A stretch of DNA of 63,888 bases, filler included, from Octopus bimaculoides (lineage: Eukaryota): the NCBI RefSeq assembly GCF_001194135.2. It is 8 parts of 7 records of this genome, joined end to end, with 100 filler letters (N's around TTAATTAATTAA, not from the genome) between each part and the next. Parts side by side here need not be neighbours in the genome. Positions count along the whole stretch, not along the records: positions 1 to 16,809 come from NC_068991.1; positions 16,910 to 23,856 come from NW_026406054.1; positions 23,957 to 35,253 come from NC_068981.1; 5 more parts are not named here. The stretch is one strand, 5' to 3'. The translations under genes were made by a program, and so were the position numbers. Positions 13,813-26,200 of the stretch are shown in pieces (the stretch's first letter is position 1; every line of letters starts with the position of its first letter). The notes under the pieces were generated by a model, which had not been told where the DNA came from, searched no databases, and was given only the letters and a program-made list of their open reading frames with translations.

Positions 13813-14588
13813 ANNNNNNNNNNNNNNNNNNNNNNNNNNNNNNNNNNNNNNNNNNNNNNNNNNNNNNNNNNNNNNNNNNNNNNNNNNNNNNNNNNNNNNN
13901 NNNNNNNNNNNNNNNNNNNNNNNNNNNNNNNNNNNNNNNNNNNNNNNNNNNNNNNNNNNNNNNNNNNNNNNNNNNNNNNNNNNNNNNNNNNNNNNNNNNN
14001 NNNNNNNNNNNNNNNNNNNNNNNNNNNNNNNNNNNNNNNNNNNNNNNNNNNNNNNNNNNNNNNNNNNNNNNNNNNNNNNNNNNNNNNNNNNNNNNNNNNN
14101 NNNNNNNNNNNNNNNNNNNNNNNNNNNNNNNNNNNNNNNNNNNNNNNNNNNNNNNNNNNNNNNNNNNNNNNNNNNNNNNNNNNNNNNNNNNNNNNNNNNN
14201 NNNNNNNNNNNNNNNNNNNNNNNNNNNNNATATATATCGATTGGAGCGTGGAAGGCACAAGTTAGCGATTTAAATACACACAAATACTTTCATCTTTAGT
14301 TTACCATAAATATCTATATATACACTTAAACATGTGTGTGTGTATGTGTGTAATTGTAAGACCAAGATATTTAAGTGTAGGAAGTTTATAAGGTTGGAGC
14401 AGTCTGTGGTAGGTATAAAAAACAATGTTCAGGAGCAATAATAATTTATTAGCATCGAAGGTTATGAGACTTACCCGTATAAGCTCACGGTTAGCAACCA
14501 CAGTTGCTATGAATGCGAATAAAATCCAAATTCAGGGATTGGAGCTGGCAAAGTCTCGGCTACGTATGTTTCCTGGTTAGCAGATCCT

Positions 14589-14770
14589 CTGGGTATTCAG
14601 CTAGGTATTCAGCTGGGTATTCAGCTGGGTATTCAGCTAGCTACTCACCTGGCCGAAGATACCTTAATTATATGAAGGTTACATTATTGTTACGGGATTT
14701 CAAGTTAACTTACCAAAGATATATATATATAATTAGGGTAACTTCGGCCTAATGAGTAGCTGAGTATACC
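14589..14770. repeat. Four 12-bp tandem units followed by a 35-bp imperfect inverted repeat
   Basis: (CTGGGTATTCAG)x4; arms at 14639-14673 and 14727-14761. Confidence 0.75.
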
Positions 14771-14849
14771 TTCTACGAGTAATTATTACAAGTAAGACTC
14801 TGCTGGCAAGGAAACATATGTAGCCTGGATCTCACTTTCTTCTCTCTAC

Positions 14850-15170
14850 CACTTCTCGTTGATCACACGTGAACTGTGGTCATCTCTTCCTTTCTCCTTT
14901 CGGCCAGCATAAAGGCAACACGAACTGCTATCAGTCTCTGCTCAAGTTCATCACATCATAGCGTTCAGTATCCCATCTCGTTCGGCTTAACGGCCCTCAA
15001 CGTTTGTTTCACTGTTTAGTTTTCCCTGTCTTGGTTTCTGTTTGCCACTTTGGAATCCTCCGCATAGCAGGTTTTATTTAATTTGCTTTGTGGGAAGAGC
15101 TATTCTAAGAACGCGTACTGTCTCATCTTCGAAACGCCTAGTTTAGAATAGAAGCATCTGATGGAATAAA
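14850..15170 (-). mobile_element. Highly decayed RTE-like LINE 3' end
   Basis: Minus-strand translation with stops resembles the RTE C-terminus (..AMRRIPKW..G..K....NLSRD..FVLPLC). Confidence 0.4.
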
Positions 15171-15387
15171 AGTTCCATATGTGGCTTGTTAGTTTTCCTA
15201 TGTGTTCATTCTGTTGTTCGTAAAAAAAGTTCGTTTTTTGTGCTTTGTTTATATTCCCGTTCCTTTTTTGTCCGCGTTTTTTGACGTCTTATACTCGGAT
15301 ATGCATTTATATATACATGTAGATGTAGGTGTGTACGTATATGTATGTATATATGCATATGCTCACATATCATTGTATTATATATAT

Positions 15388-15432
<45 letters not shown>

Positions 15433-15568
15433 ATTATGTGTATTTCTTCTATCTTAATGAATAAAAATTCTTCTGATAGAATAAATGGGTTAATAGAAAC
15501 CAATGTAGCAAAGAACACAAAATAACTGTGGCAGGAACTCCTTGAAATTTTGGGTATTTGAGTATATT

Positions 15569-15646
15569 TAAGAATTTAAGGATTGGAGAAAACGCATGTT
15601 ATATATGCGATTATAACATGCGTTTTCTCCAATCCTTAAATTCTTA
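15569..15646. repeat. Perfect 35-bp inverted repeat with 8-nt loop
   Basis: TAAGAATTTAAGGATTGGAGAAAACGCATGTTATA (15569-15603) and its exact reverse complement (15612-15646). Confidence 0.9.
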
Positions 15647-16025
15647 TATATATACATNNNNNNNNNNNNNNNNNNNNNNNNNNNNNNNNNNNNNNNNNNN
15701 NNNNNNNNNNNNNNNNNNNNNNNNNNNNNNNNNNNNNNNNNNNNNNNNNNNNNNNNNNNNNNNNNNNNNNNNNNNNNNNNNNNNNNNNNNNNNNNNNNNN
15801 NNNNNNNNNNNNNNNNNNNNNNNNNNNNNNNNNNNNNNNNNNNNNNNNNNNNNNNNNNNNNNNNNNNNNNNNNNNNNNNNNNNNNNNNNNNNNNNNNNNN
15901 NNNNNNNNNNNNNNNNNNNNNNNNNNNNNNNNNNNNNNNNNNNNNNNNNNNNNNNNNNNNNNNNNNNNNNNNNNNNNNNNNNNNNNNNNNNNNNNNNNNN
16001 NNNNNNNNNNNNNNNNNNNNNNNNN

Positions 16026-16809
16026 GTGCATGGTTTGGTGGTTTATCTGTTAGTGTGTTTGTGTGTGTGTGTGTGTGTGTATGACGTAGTGGAAAAGTTA
16101 GTAGCAGGAATGGTTAGTGGCCGCTTATAGACAGTGTAGGTAGAAAGTCAACAGGCTGTTTTTTTAGTGTGTGTGTGTTCGTGTTTGTGTGGGGTTGTAG
16201 GTGTTGGGTACGTGTACGTGTGTGTGTGTATTTTGTATGTGCGCGTGTGTGTATGTGTATGTTTTTGTGCGTGCGTGTGTGTTTGTGTGTATGTGTATGT
16301 TGTGTATATGTGAGTTGCTGTGTATGTGTGTGTGCGTGTGTTTGCTATTGTACGTGCGTGTGTTGTTTNNNNNNNNNNGTGAGAGGTGTGTGTGCATGTG
16401 TGTATATGTGTATGTGTGCATGTGTGTACATGTGTATGTATGTTGTGTATGTGTGTGTGTGTGTGGTTTTGTGTATGTGTGTGTTTATGTGTGTGCGTGC
16501 GTATGTGTGCCAGGTATGTGTGTTATTTTGTGTGTGCACTCCTGTGTGTATGTGCGTGCATGTGTATGCGGCTGTGTATGTAGACGTGCGCGTATACATG
16601 GGTGTGTGTGTGTATATATGTCCGTTCGTCTATATGTGTTTGTGAGGGCGCGCATGTATGTTTGTCATGTATGTGGTCGGTATATATGTAAGGTGTGTGG
16701 GAGGAGTGTGTGTAGGTGTATGGGAGGTATGTGAGGTATGTGTGAATGGGGGTATGTATGGGTTGTCAGGTGTGTGGGAGGTATTTGTGAATGGGGGTAT
16801 ATGTGGGTT
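16026..16809. repeat. Cryptic (GT)-rich low-complexity tract
   Basis: Degenerate GT/GTAT repeats. The motif GTGGGGTTGTAGGTGTTGGGTACGTG resembles 32590-32635. Confidence 0.7.
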
Positions 16810-16853
16810 NNNNNNNNNNNNNNNNNNNNNNNNNNNNNNNNNNNNNNNNNNNN

Positions 16854-16865
16854 TTAATTAATTAA
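16854..16865. other. Scaffolding linker TTAATTAATTAA between 44-N pads (also 23901, 35298, 52533, 59172, 60634, 62307)
   Basis: Identical 12-mer with stops in all six frames, centred in seven 100-bp gap blocks; assembly artefact. Order and orientation across these joins is uncertain. Confidence 0.95.
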
Positions 16866-17090
16866 NNNNNNNNNNNNNNNNNNNNNNNNNNNNNNNNNNN
16901 NNNNNNNNNTAAGAATATGCAAAAGAAACTAATAAATTATAGTAACTAATAAATTTATTTATAATTATAAGTATTTAGGGGTGAAAAAAGTATTCGTTGA
17001 GAATAAATTTATGAATTTTTATGCCACAAAATGCTGTTAAAATGATATTTTTTTACTAGAACGTTCTCGTTTGTCCCAGTAATCATTCTC

Positions 17091-17130
<40 letters not shown>

Positions 17131-18384
17131 TCTGTCTGCTCTTTGCATATCTTAACCTCATTTTGTATCTGTAATTCCTTACATGAATCTTAAATGACTT
17201 TTGAGCCTTGAAAATAATTTGGAAAGATGATCACATATACTGCAGCAATGCCTCATTTCAGCATTGGCTCCATTTTCCACTTGTTTATTATGAAAGTTCA
17301 AATGCTACTTCATCGGACAGATATTGCATTGAAACTAGTCATCTGAAATTAATTTCCAATAGCTCATGTATGCCTAACCTACATTTGCACACTGGTGCAA
17401 TCTCATATCAGCATGTGATATACATACTTTTGTACACAAAGAACATTTAAAGAAGGAGCAAGAAATTCTCACAATGTTATTTGATATTAATTTCATTTTT
17501 ACTAAATTTTCCTTTCATTTCAGCTTGCTTATCTCTGTCAAGCTTAAAATATTTAACACTGCTCCAAATCAAGACTCTCCACACTTTGCGCAAGTGATTC
17601 AATACTTTTGTAACTTAATTTAAGGCATTTCAGAATTGATTTTAAAGAGTCAATGTATCTTTCCTTTAGCTTACTATTTTTTTCTCTTTCTCACCATAAG
17701 GCCTAAGTCATGTCACTTTTGAATGCTACTGGTGACATGTAACCCAGTATGACCTGTCATATGGTCAGGTTGTTGGCAACTAAACTGGTGACTGCACGAA
17801 GCTTGCTTGGTGAGGAGGGTAATATTTGGACACCCAACAGGATGAAAAGCAAAACCTGTCAAATAGCAAACTCACAAGAGTCAATGGCCATCCAAAAATG
17901 TGTGTATATATAATTTTTAACCTTTCAGGGCTTTTAACTTCATTCATTTTCTTAAAATCATATCTTCTTTCATGTTGTGTTTCTCATTTTATTGTGTTTC
18001 TTATTTTTATTGTTATTATTTTACACACACACACAAACACACAGAGATCAGAGGCACAAAATGGAATCCATGAGATTCTTTATTCAAATCTGCTACAATT
18101 GTTTTGACTCATTTCACACCTGTACCTCACAGATGAGATGTTGTACAATCAGTTGCCTTGCATAACAGATGCAGATTGTGTCTCCTCAGGTGACTTTACC
18201 TTGCTTTTTCTCCTTACCAGCTTTTAGCAATACATATCTAAGATAGCTGCTGCAGTATAGTAGTTCTCATAAGAAACTGAGAGAAAAGACACAATTCTCC
18301 ACAAAAAGTAATAAAATGGAATACACTGATAAGAAGACAAAGATAAATAAAAACATAAAGATAAAAAAAACATGCATGAGATCA

Positions 18385-18456
18385 TATTCGACGGATATGG
18401 CATAGTGGTTAAGAGCACGGGCTACTAACCCCAACATTCCAAGTAGTGACCTGAAC

Positions 18457-18496
<40 letters not shown>

Positions 18497-18676
18497 TAAA
18501 AAATACCTTAGGAATGAGAACTCAGGTTCTAAATTTCCCCAAGACACCTGAAGAAGGCTGGAGGGCATATCAGCTGAAACATTGTGTTAACAACAGACAA
18601 GATGAGGACAACTATCCGTTGAATGTAAATAATGTAAATAATGTACATAATTCTTCATCTCTTAAATATAGAACTG
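18385..18676 (+). mobile_element. Solo PLE pLTR / SINE-like element: tRNA-like head + (TAA)n + hammerhead motif + tail
   Basis: A-box TGGCATAGTGG at 18398-18408; hammerhead-like ACAC-CTGAAGA-AGGCTGG..TCAGCT-GAAAC-ATT-GTGT at 18543-18588; homologous to 27810-27990 (-) and 29290-29365 (+). Confidence 0.75.
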
Positions 18677-18816
18677 TAAAATCAGACATATATACAGATG
18701 GAGATTTACATGCTACAAAAACAAAGATATAAACAAATATCTAAGCAAATAATAAGCAAAGGTTGCAAAACTTCAAACCATTTTGCATGAGCAGTGTAAA
18801 AGAGATGAAATAAGTA

Positions 18817-19700
18817 GTGGTATATGAAGTGAGAAAGGAGGAAGAAGAAAGGCAAAATGTACATTTGGTGCAATGTAGTCAGCATGGACAGTACCTGAGA
18901 CAGGAGGAATATGTGGTCAGTTGCAGAATCTCATGGAAGGAACTTTGGGCTTGGGAACAAGCAAGAACATCCTTCGACGTCTACCTTCAATGTTTTGCCT
19001 TCACCAGCCAATTTAGTCTGGTGGAACATACAAATGACTGATGAATGTAGATGCAGAGAGAAAGTGACGGTGAGACAGGTTCTATCAAACTGCAGGCTAG
19101 CACTAGACAGATATACATGGCATTACGATCAAATCCTTGGTGTCATAAGCACAGCACTCAAGATTGAGGGATATAATAGGGGAAAAGTACAGAAGGATGT
19201 ACTTTCAGAAGAAGGGAAAAAGACATAAGACCAGGCCTTCAAAAAAAAGTATATGAGACAGATGAAAGATGGAATGGATACTGGGAGCTGGCCATGGATT
19301 TGGAAAGACTGTTAATATTTCCATTCATAAAAACAACAAAAAGACTGGACTAAATCCTATGGAATACAGAATGAAAAGTTGTGATTTCACTAGAGCTGAC
19401 AGTGCCATGAGAAGAGAACATCGCTAATGCTGAGCAATGGAAGGAGAGGAGGTATGAGAGATTAATTGAAGAGTGTGGGGAACAGAGGTGGACTGTCGAG
19501 TATTACCACCTGGTAGTTGGGGCTAGAGGCTTCATTGAAAGGAAAATTGTGACGTTATTTGAAAGAAGGTTTGCATTTTTGAGCTCAAAGCTGAGGAAAC
19601 TAATGAGGATATAGGCGGCAGTTGACAAAACGAGCTTTTATATATGACTGAAACGAAAAGACCTGAAATGGCTTGAAAGCCATAATAGCGTTGCTAGGTG
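18817..19700 (+). mobile_element. Decayed RLE-type non-LTR retrotransposon, Hero-like, C-terminal CCHC and endonuclease
   Basis: SWKELWAWEQARTSF..STFNVLPSPANLVWW..CRC..LSNC.LALDRYTWH.DQIL; R(P)D.ILWN..K....LELTVP*EENI..A..KE.RY..L.EEC..W...VVGARGF; several stops and frameshifts. Confidence 0.8.
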
Positions 19701-21200
19701 AGGCTGGCTGGCACTTAAACAGTGTTGCTGCTTGAGAGGTGGATTAAAGGAATCATCTAGTTCATTGCATGCCCTCCTCCCTGACAGTTTGAAGGCTTGT
19801 ACCACAAGACAGCTAGTTGGCTCTGGCTGCTGGAGCTGAAACTAACATGACTCTGTTGGGAGGTAGATCTAGAGAGGGTACGGACCAAAACTACGCGCCT
19901 TTCCCCGCCATTGGTCAGTTAAAGCCTAGATTGTGTGATGTGACAGTTAGGTGGCACTGGCTGCTCGAGCCTACCAGTAAGTATTTAAAGGGAAATTTTC
20001 CAGGGTGGCCATTCGTCTGCTGATTCATTGATGGTGTATTGAAGAAACCAAAGAACAAAAAGCCAAAGAAAAAAGAAGAAAGGAAAAAAACGTATTCAAC
20101 ACCAGTGCTGAAGACACCTCTGAAAGGGGCGGGGGGGCTGCCATGTCGAAAACAGTAGAGGAGTAGGGGCTGAAATTGATGTGGTGATCCTATAAAGGAG
20201 CTGTTGAGGTAGCGAACCATGAAATGTGGTTGGAATTCTTCCTTCCTACAAAAAAGGTGTATCAAAGTGCCCCCCTCCCCATTTGGCAATAAACCCATTA
20301 TAATTATGTAGAGGAAGAGAGAACTAGATAGATTAGGAATTAAAGTCAGGGAGAAAGTAGAAAAGGAAGGGTGATAAGATAGTTAAGAGATAAGGAGCAA
20401 CAGGTCATTAAGCACATGTCACTTGCTTCCAGCGACCTCTTTTATAATCTTAATTCCCTTGATTCCACAAGTCACTTAGTCTACTTTCTGACAATTAAGT
20501 GTTTCCAATTTGGAGTTAATTTATTACTACTACATCCATTTACAGACCCACATATACTGGTCTACTTACATACTGATACATTATAGACACACACACACAC
20601 GCACATTACATTTGCTCACTGATACACACACACACACAGAACCCACTGGCATACACCAATATACAGACGCATGCTGATATATACACATGCAGTGATACAC
20701 ACATACATTGATAGTCATACACATTTATACACATATGCTGATTCACAGACACATTGACACACACTTACTCACTTATACAGGCATACACTAATTTCCATAT
20801 TATACTATACAAAGTGATAACACTTAAATTCAACTAGATGCATTTCTGGCTGCTTAGCTGTCTTCTGTAACAGAGGCAACTTTGAATTACCTGAATGCTT
20901 TAAGTTTGATGATAAATCAATCAATAATATTTACTGACTTGCACATGTAGACTACTCAGTCTGAACAAATATGTAATTAGTAGCATAAAGCAAGGATGAA
21001 AAATAAACAAACTTTAGGTTAGTTCAAATATGTTTGGGACATTTTTCAACTTATAAAACTTATTTTCCACAACTGCTTTGCACTAATACTTACATATTTG
21101 TTCCAACCAGACAGAGTAAGGCTAGTTCAGATCAGTGTTCATCTGGTAATCACCTTGTAGGTAAAGAATGTCAATGCATCTGCACTCCTTACTAATTTGG

Positions 21201-22091
21201 GAACTTATCTGTTTGGCTGCACCTGTGGAAGTTTAGTGAAAATTTTAAAATCTGGTGTAGTGATGCAATTTTCCACTCTGACAAATGAAATCAATTGGAG
21301 CAAAAATTGAAGAAATTGAAATGTGGCAACCAAACAGAAAAGATCCCATCGTCTGATTACAGAAAACTTCAGACATTTATCTCCACCTCAATCATCCACC
21401 ATTAAGAGTATCTTCATTGAAGTGTATGGTGGAGTTTAGGTATTGAACTGAATGTTTTTGCTCAAATTAAGGATCTTTACTGTTTGGCTGCCACTTTTCA
21501 ATTCCTTCTGTTTTGATTTCATATTTGGTGTAGTTTTGTAAAGTAATCATTGACACAGAATTCATTTTCGCCATAAATCAATAAATAAAGAGTTAATAGC
21601 ATTTAAATTTTGCAAATTTTGGGTAATTTTACTCAATCGAAAGCCACAGACATATCGGTACCTGTTTCTAAAGTAACAAGCCAAGCTGTTACAAATGTGT
21701 TCTTTTTGTTACTTATTAAACGTTTAAAACAAATGCGGTATGAGATGTGCTAAAAATAAGAGCTAAATAGGCCTTAAATCATACTAAAAAAAGCTGTATG
21801 AATTCCCATGTGTAAAATACAAATTCACAAATATTTTCTGAAAATTCCAAAAAATAAAAAAGTCATGATGGGTTATATGGCATGCATGAAGCAGAATTCT
21901 GCCAATATTTCATTTCTTTACAACTGACAACATGTGCTGTCATGCACAAAATAACAGCTTCCAAATCCTGTTTTCTGACTGGGTAAAAATGAATTATCTC
22001 CTGAGATTCAGTATGGAAAATTAAATGAGTAACACCAAATTGTAAAATTTTCACTATTGTAAAATTTTCTGCAGCCAAACAGAAAAGATCC
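21201..22091. repeat. Four copies of a GGATCTTTTCTGTTTGGCTGC motif in alternating orientation (MITE-like)
   Basis: Inverted pairs 21201-21274/22015-22091 and 21301-21346/21471-21515. Confidence 0.55.
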
Positions 22092-22619
22092 AGATATGCC
22101 TATTTGAAGTTGAAGATCTGTAAGACACAAGGCTGGTAATAGAGAAGTGTGAATAGAAGCTGTATGTCAAGGAATTATGACACAATGTTGGGTGTTGAGC
22201 TTGTCTAGACTAGTTCATGTCATGAACAAAAGGTGTGCAGATGCGCATAGGAATGGCATTCATCGGTGGAAAATGTGTAAAATATAGTATATGCTTATAG
22301 TACTGTGTTGAGCAATCGCTAGTAAAGATAGCTTAAAATATCAGGTTACCACAAGGACGATTAAAAAAAGATATGAAGTACTTCAACATCACTTCTGTGG
22401 ATATCCTTGATTGAGAGAAGTGGAGGAAGGCAAGCAAGAAAGCCGATCCATTTGAGAGATAATGTAGAAACTTTTGTCTGAGGATTTAACAATTCTGCCA
22501 GTTCGTTTCAAGTAAACATAAGGAAAAACATATGATGGACTAAAACTTATCCCAGCCACATACAGACATTTGGAATGAAAATTAATCATCCCTCTCCATA
22601 ATCTAACTACGCCTTTTAA

Positions 22620-23281
22620 TCTGGTCCCCTCGTCAGTCAGTGTTACGTAAACGAAAATTGCATGGTTATTCGTCTGCATATAGGTCACACAGGTCACTTC
22701 CGGTCGAAAAAAAAAAAAGAAATCAACGTGGACGATTTTCCTCAAAGAGGAATAGAATTAGAAATTACGTTTCTTCTACACAAAACAAGTTCATTCACAA
22801 TTGTTTAAGTTCAAAAACTGATATATTGTTGACGAATAGTTCCACTAGTTTCCTTAGAATTTAACTCCACTTTTGCAATATACCCCGCTACTCTGAGTCA
22901 GTAACTGAAAACACTGTAGAACCCATTATTGCATATATTTAATAAACCGCCATCATTGTTCAGTTGTCACTGTGTAGTCAGTAACTACGAAGTCGACTGC
23001 AATATTTTCCTACAGACATAGTTGAAAGTATTTCCCAGTGTGCAAAGTCTTACGACAGTGCCTGTAATAAGTAGTAAATACTATTTGCGAAAATTGAGGA
23101 TTTAATGGAAACAATTACGTACTTGAGATATCGATTGTTAGCAGATGGTAAAGGAGGGGGCTGAAACGATGACGTAAACGCACAAATAAATGACGTAAAA
23201 CGTATTTATGTGCTTAATTGGAGGAAATTACAACAAAGAGCGAAGTCGAGTCGAGATTCTCCTATCCATGACGAGGTAAGA
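22620..23281. promoter_or_regulatory. Candidate (possibly divergent) promoter with first-exon splice donor on +
   Basis: Repeat-poor, CpG-containing. TTACGTAA 22643-22650; AGGTCA-n3-AGGTCA 22682-22696; CACTTCCGG 22695-22703; ATGACGTAA at 23169 and 23190; GAG|GTAAGA at 23275/23276 followed by T-rich sequence. Confidence 0.35.
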
Positions 23282-26200
23282 CAACTTTTACACCTCTGCT
23301 AGGTTTATGATCATCCCAACAACATTTCCCTACACCTCTACGATCTAATTGAGATCAGATTGTAAACCTCATACTTATAAATTTGCTATTTAATAACAAC
23401 ACGTAAAGTGGAAGAAGCTGTATGGTTACAGATGTTTATGTCAGGTTTGTTGTTGTTGTTAAAAAATAAACATGAGTAGTTTTTGTTTACTTTTGGATGC
23501 GTGTTGCATATTTGTGTTTTTTTTTATTTATCACATCGTTGAACAAATAACTCTGCAGATTCACATATTAATTGGTGAAATCAATTAGAAACATAGTCCT
23601 TATTTGTGAAGATTTGTCATCATCTGGTCAGAAATAAACTGGTTTGACAGAGTATCTGGAAGGATACCTGAGTGATGTGTAACGGGCTAATTTTTTTCTT
23701 TTCTTTTTTTTTCATTCGTGTCATTCTGTTATTTTGTAAATAAATCTGGAAACAGTTTACTTCGATATTCTTTCCCACCCTCAAACCTGTATTTTTCTTG
23801 TAATTCTTTTTTCTCTCTGTCTGATTGAGGTAAAAAAAAAAAAAAATTTTTAATTGNNNNNNNNNNNNNNNNNNNNNNNNNNNNNNNNNNNNNNNNNNNN
23901 TTAATTAATTAANNNNNNNNNNNNNNNNNNNNNNNNNNNNNNNNNNNNNNNNNNNNTATATATATATATATATACATATGTCCTGATACATACATAGAAT
24001 CCTATCAACATACAGATATTTGCGTACCTCTGTAGATAAAGTGTCGCATCTTTAATATATGTGACAGTCACAGTCTAAGTGAAATCAGTATTTGAATTGA
24101 ACGTCCATCAAATATATATGGAGAGCAATCAATTATAAGATATCAAAGTTTCCTTTGTGAAAAATGCCACTTCCCTTGTTGTCACAGATATTTCTAGTAC
24201 TATTATCAATCATTATTGTCCGGGAATTAGATTATCTAATATGTTTTCCTAGTCACGCTAAGTTTTTATTCATATCCACTGAATATGTGTAAAAGAAATA
24301 TCTTTCATATTTACACATACAAAATGGATATATAAACTCACACAAGCATACGCACAGTGCGCTGTATATGTATGAGTGTCAGTATGTAAGTGTGCATATG
24401 TGTGTTTACATGTATGCATGTATATATATATATATACAGAGACAGAAACAGACAGAAAGACAGTGAGATACAGAGAAAGAGAAAGATAGATCGATAGAGA
24501 GATAGATACATACTTACAGAGTAGTATTAAGAATGTGGAGTAACTGTCTGGGCTTTGGGCATACGGATGTCCATTAATTATGAAATTTATCCCGGAGCCT
24601 TAACTTCTCTTGAATCATAGTCGTACCTGACAGTTTGGAAGCTTTCTGAAAAAAGAAGATCTCCCCAAAGTATTTAGAGTCCCACTGTATTATCTCAATG
24701 CAATATTCAATTGTCTTCATTGCCACAAAATCTCTGAGCATTAGGCTTAGAAGTGTTACCTGTTAAATATTCAGACAACTCAATTTGCGCAAGCCCATGG
24801 TGTGTTTGTAGAGAGAAAAAGAGAAGTGAGAGAGAAAGATATATTGAGAACGAGAGAGAGAGTGAGAGAGAGAGCAAAAGAGGGCAGGGAAAGCTAAATA
24901 GTTATAGGCACAGTGATTGAGGCAAAAGAATGAGGAAACGAAATTTTGCATCGTAAAATCTTGAAGATTTTGTTACAATTTTACACGTGCAATTTGTAAT
25001 GGGAATGTAAATACATATATAGATTGATATATATATATATATATCGGTGTGTATATGTGTATTTGTATGGGTACGCACGTACGTAGAAATATATATTACA
25101 GAATAAAAACAGACATGTTGATTTTCTATTGACCTAAAATTCCCCTCTAAAATATTCTCTTCGAATCTTGCTGCTTCTATTCATCTATTTCAAGAAATAC
25201 ATTACTTCGAAATATAATAAGCAACATAAGCTGAATATCTGAGTAATTACACCGTTTCAACAGATTAGAAATCTAATAAGTACATTCTAGTTCAACACCG
25301 TCCCATTAACTCGGCATACATTTACAACAAAGAGCATGGTCAACACGAAATACCAGAAAAACAAATTTCCTTTGTTAAGGTTATATCTACATATATTCTA
25401 TAGACATTATAGCCAGCACTGAGCATATCCTATACGAAATGTAACAAAAATCATTGCTCGCAATAATTTCTGTAGAGTATCTCTGGAGATAAATTTAAAA
25501 TGTGGTGCAAATAGTAGTGCTAACAGTTAAATATATTTATATTATATCATGGCTTCTTCACGAAATACCGTGTCTCTATAATACAAACTACAAAGTCTTA
25601 AAAGTTAATAGAGGAAAATACTTACATGCATAAATTGTGCATATTAAAGTAGTCACACATGTAGTAACACTATACCAAAATCAAGACGTAAACAAGTCAC
25701 GCATGAAAACACATAACATAGTCACGAGCATAGCTAACGTAACAGTAGAAGTTTTGACCGCAACTAAACAAATTTACATATGTGTTGACTTATACGCTCT
25801 ATGATCCAAAGTTTTGAAGCGAAAATCGCTACATAAATTCGATAAGTAAATACAAATAACTAAGGTGTCATTTCTACTTCAACACTTTGAAATATTCCAC
25901 AATAATGGAAGGTGACTCATATATTAAAATAAATATCTCGAATAAGACTATAAAAAGTAAACACAATCTTGTCTAGATACGCTGGATACACTCTGAGTGT
26001 CAGCTTCAAGATGAAAAATATATATGCATATACATATTTGTGTGAGCGTTTATGTTCCTACGTGTGTATTTGTATTTGTCTACTTATATATTTATGTATG
26101 TACACACACAAATGTGTATACAGATACCCATACATATATATATACATACATACATACATACATACATACATACATACATACATACATGAAACTTGTCCGT

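Noticed and set aside
14640-14682. Resemblance to the U1 snRNA 5' end (TACTCACCTGGC..AGATACC..GAAGGT)
   Set aside because: Similarity stops after ~40 nt, there is no Sm site, the loop I sequence is not conserved, and any antisense splice donor mimics the first 10 nt. An Infernal U1 search would settle it.
24615-24800. Minus-strand splice-like signals (19-nt micro-exon candidate, CAG|GTAACA)
   Set aside because: Cannot be linked into a frame or gene model without transcript data.
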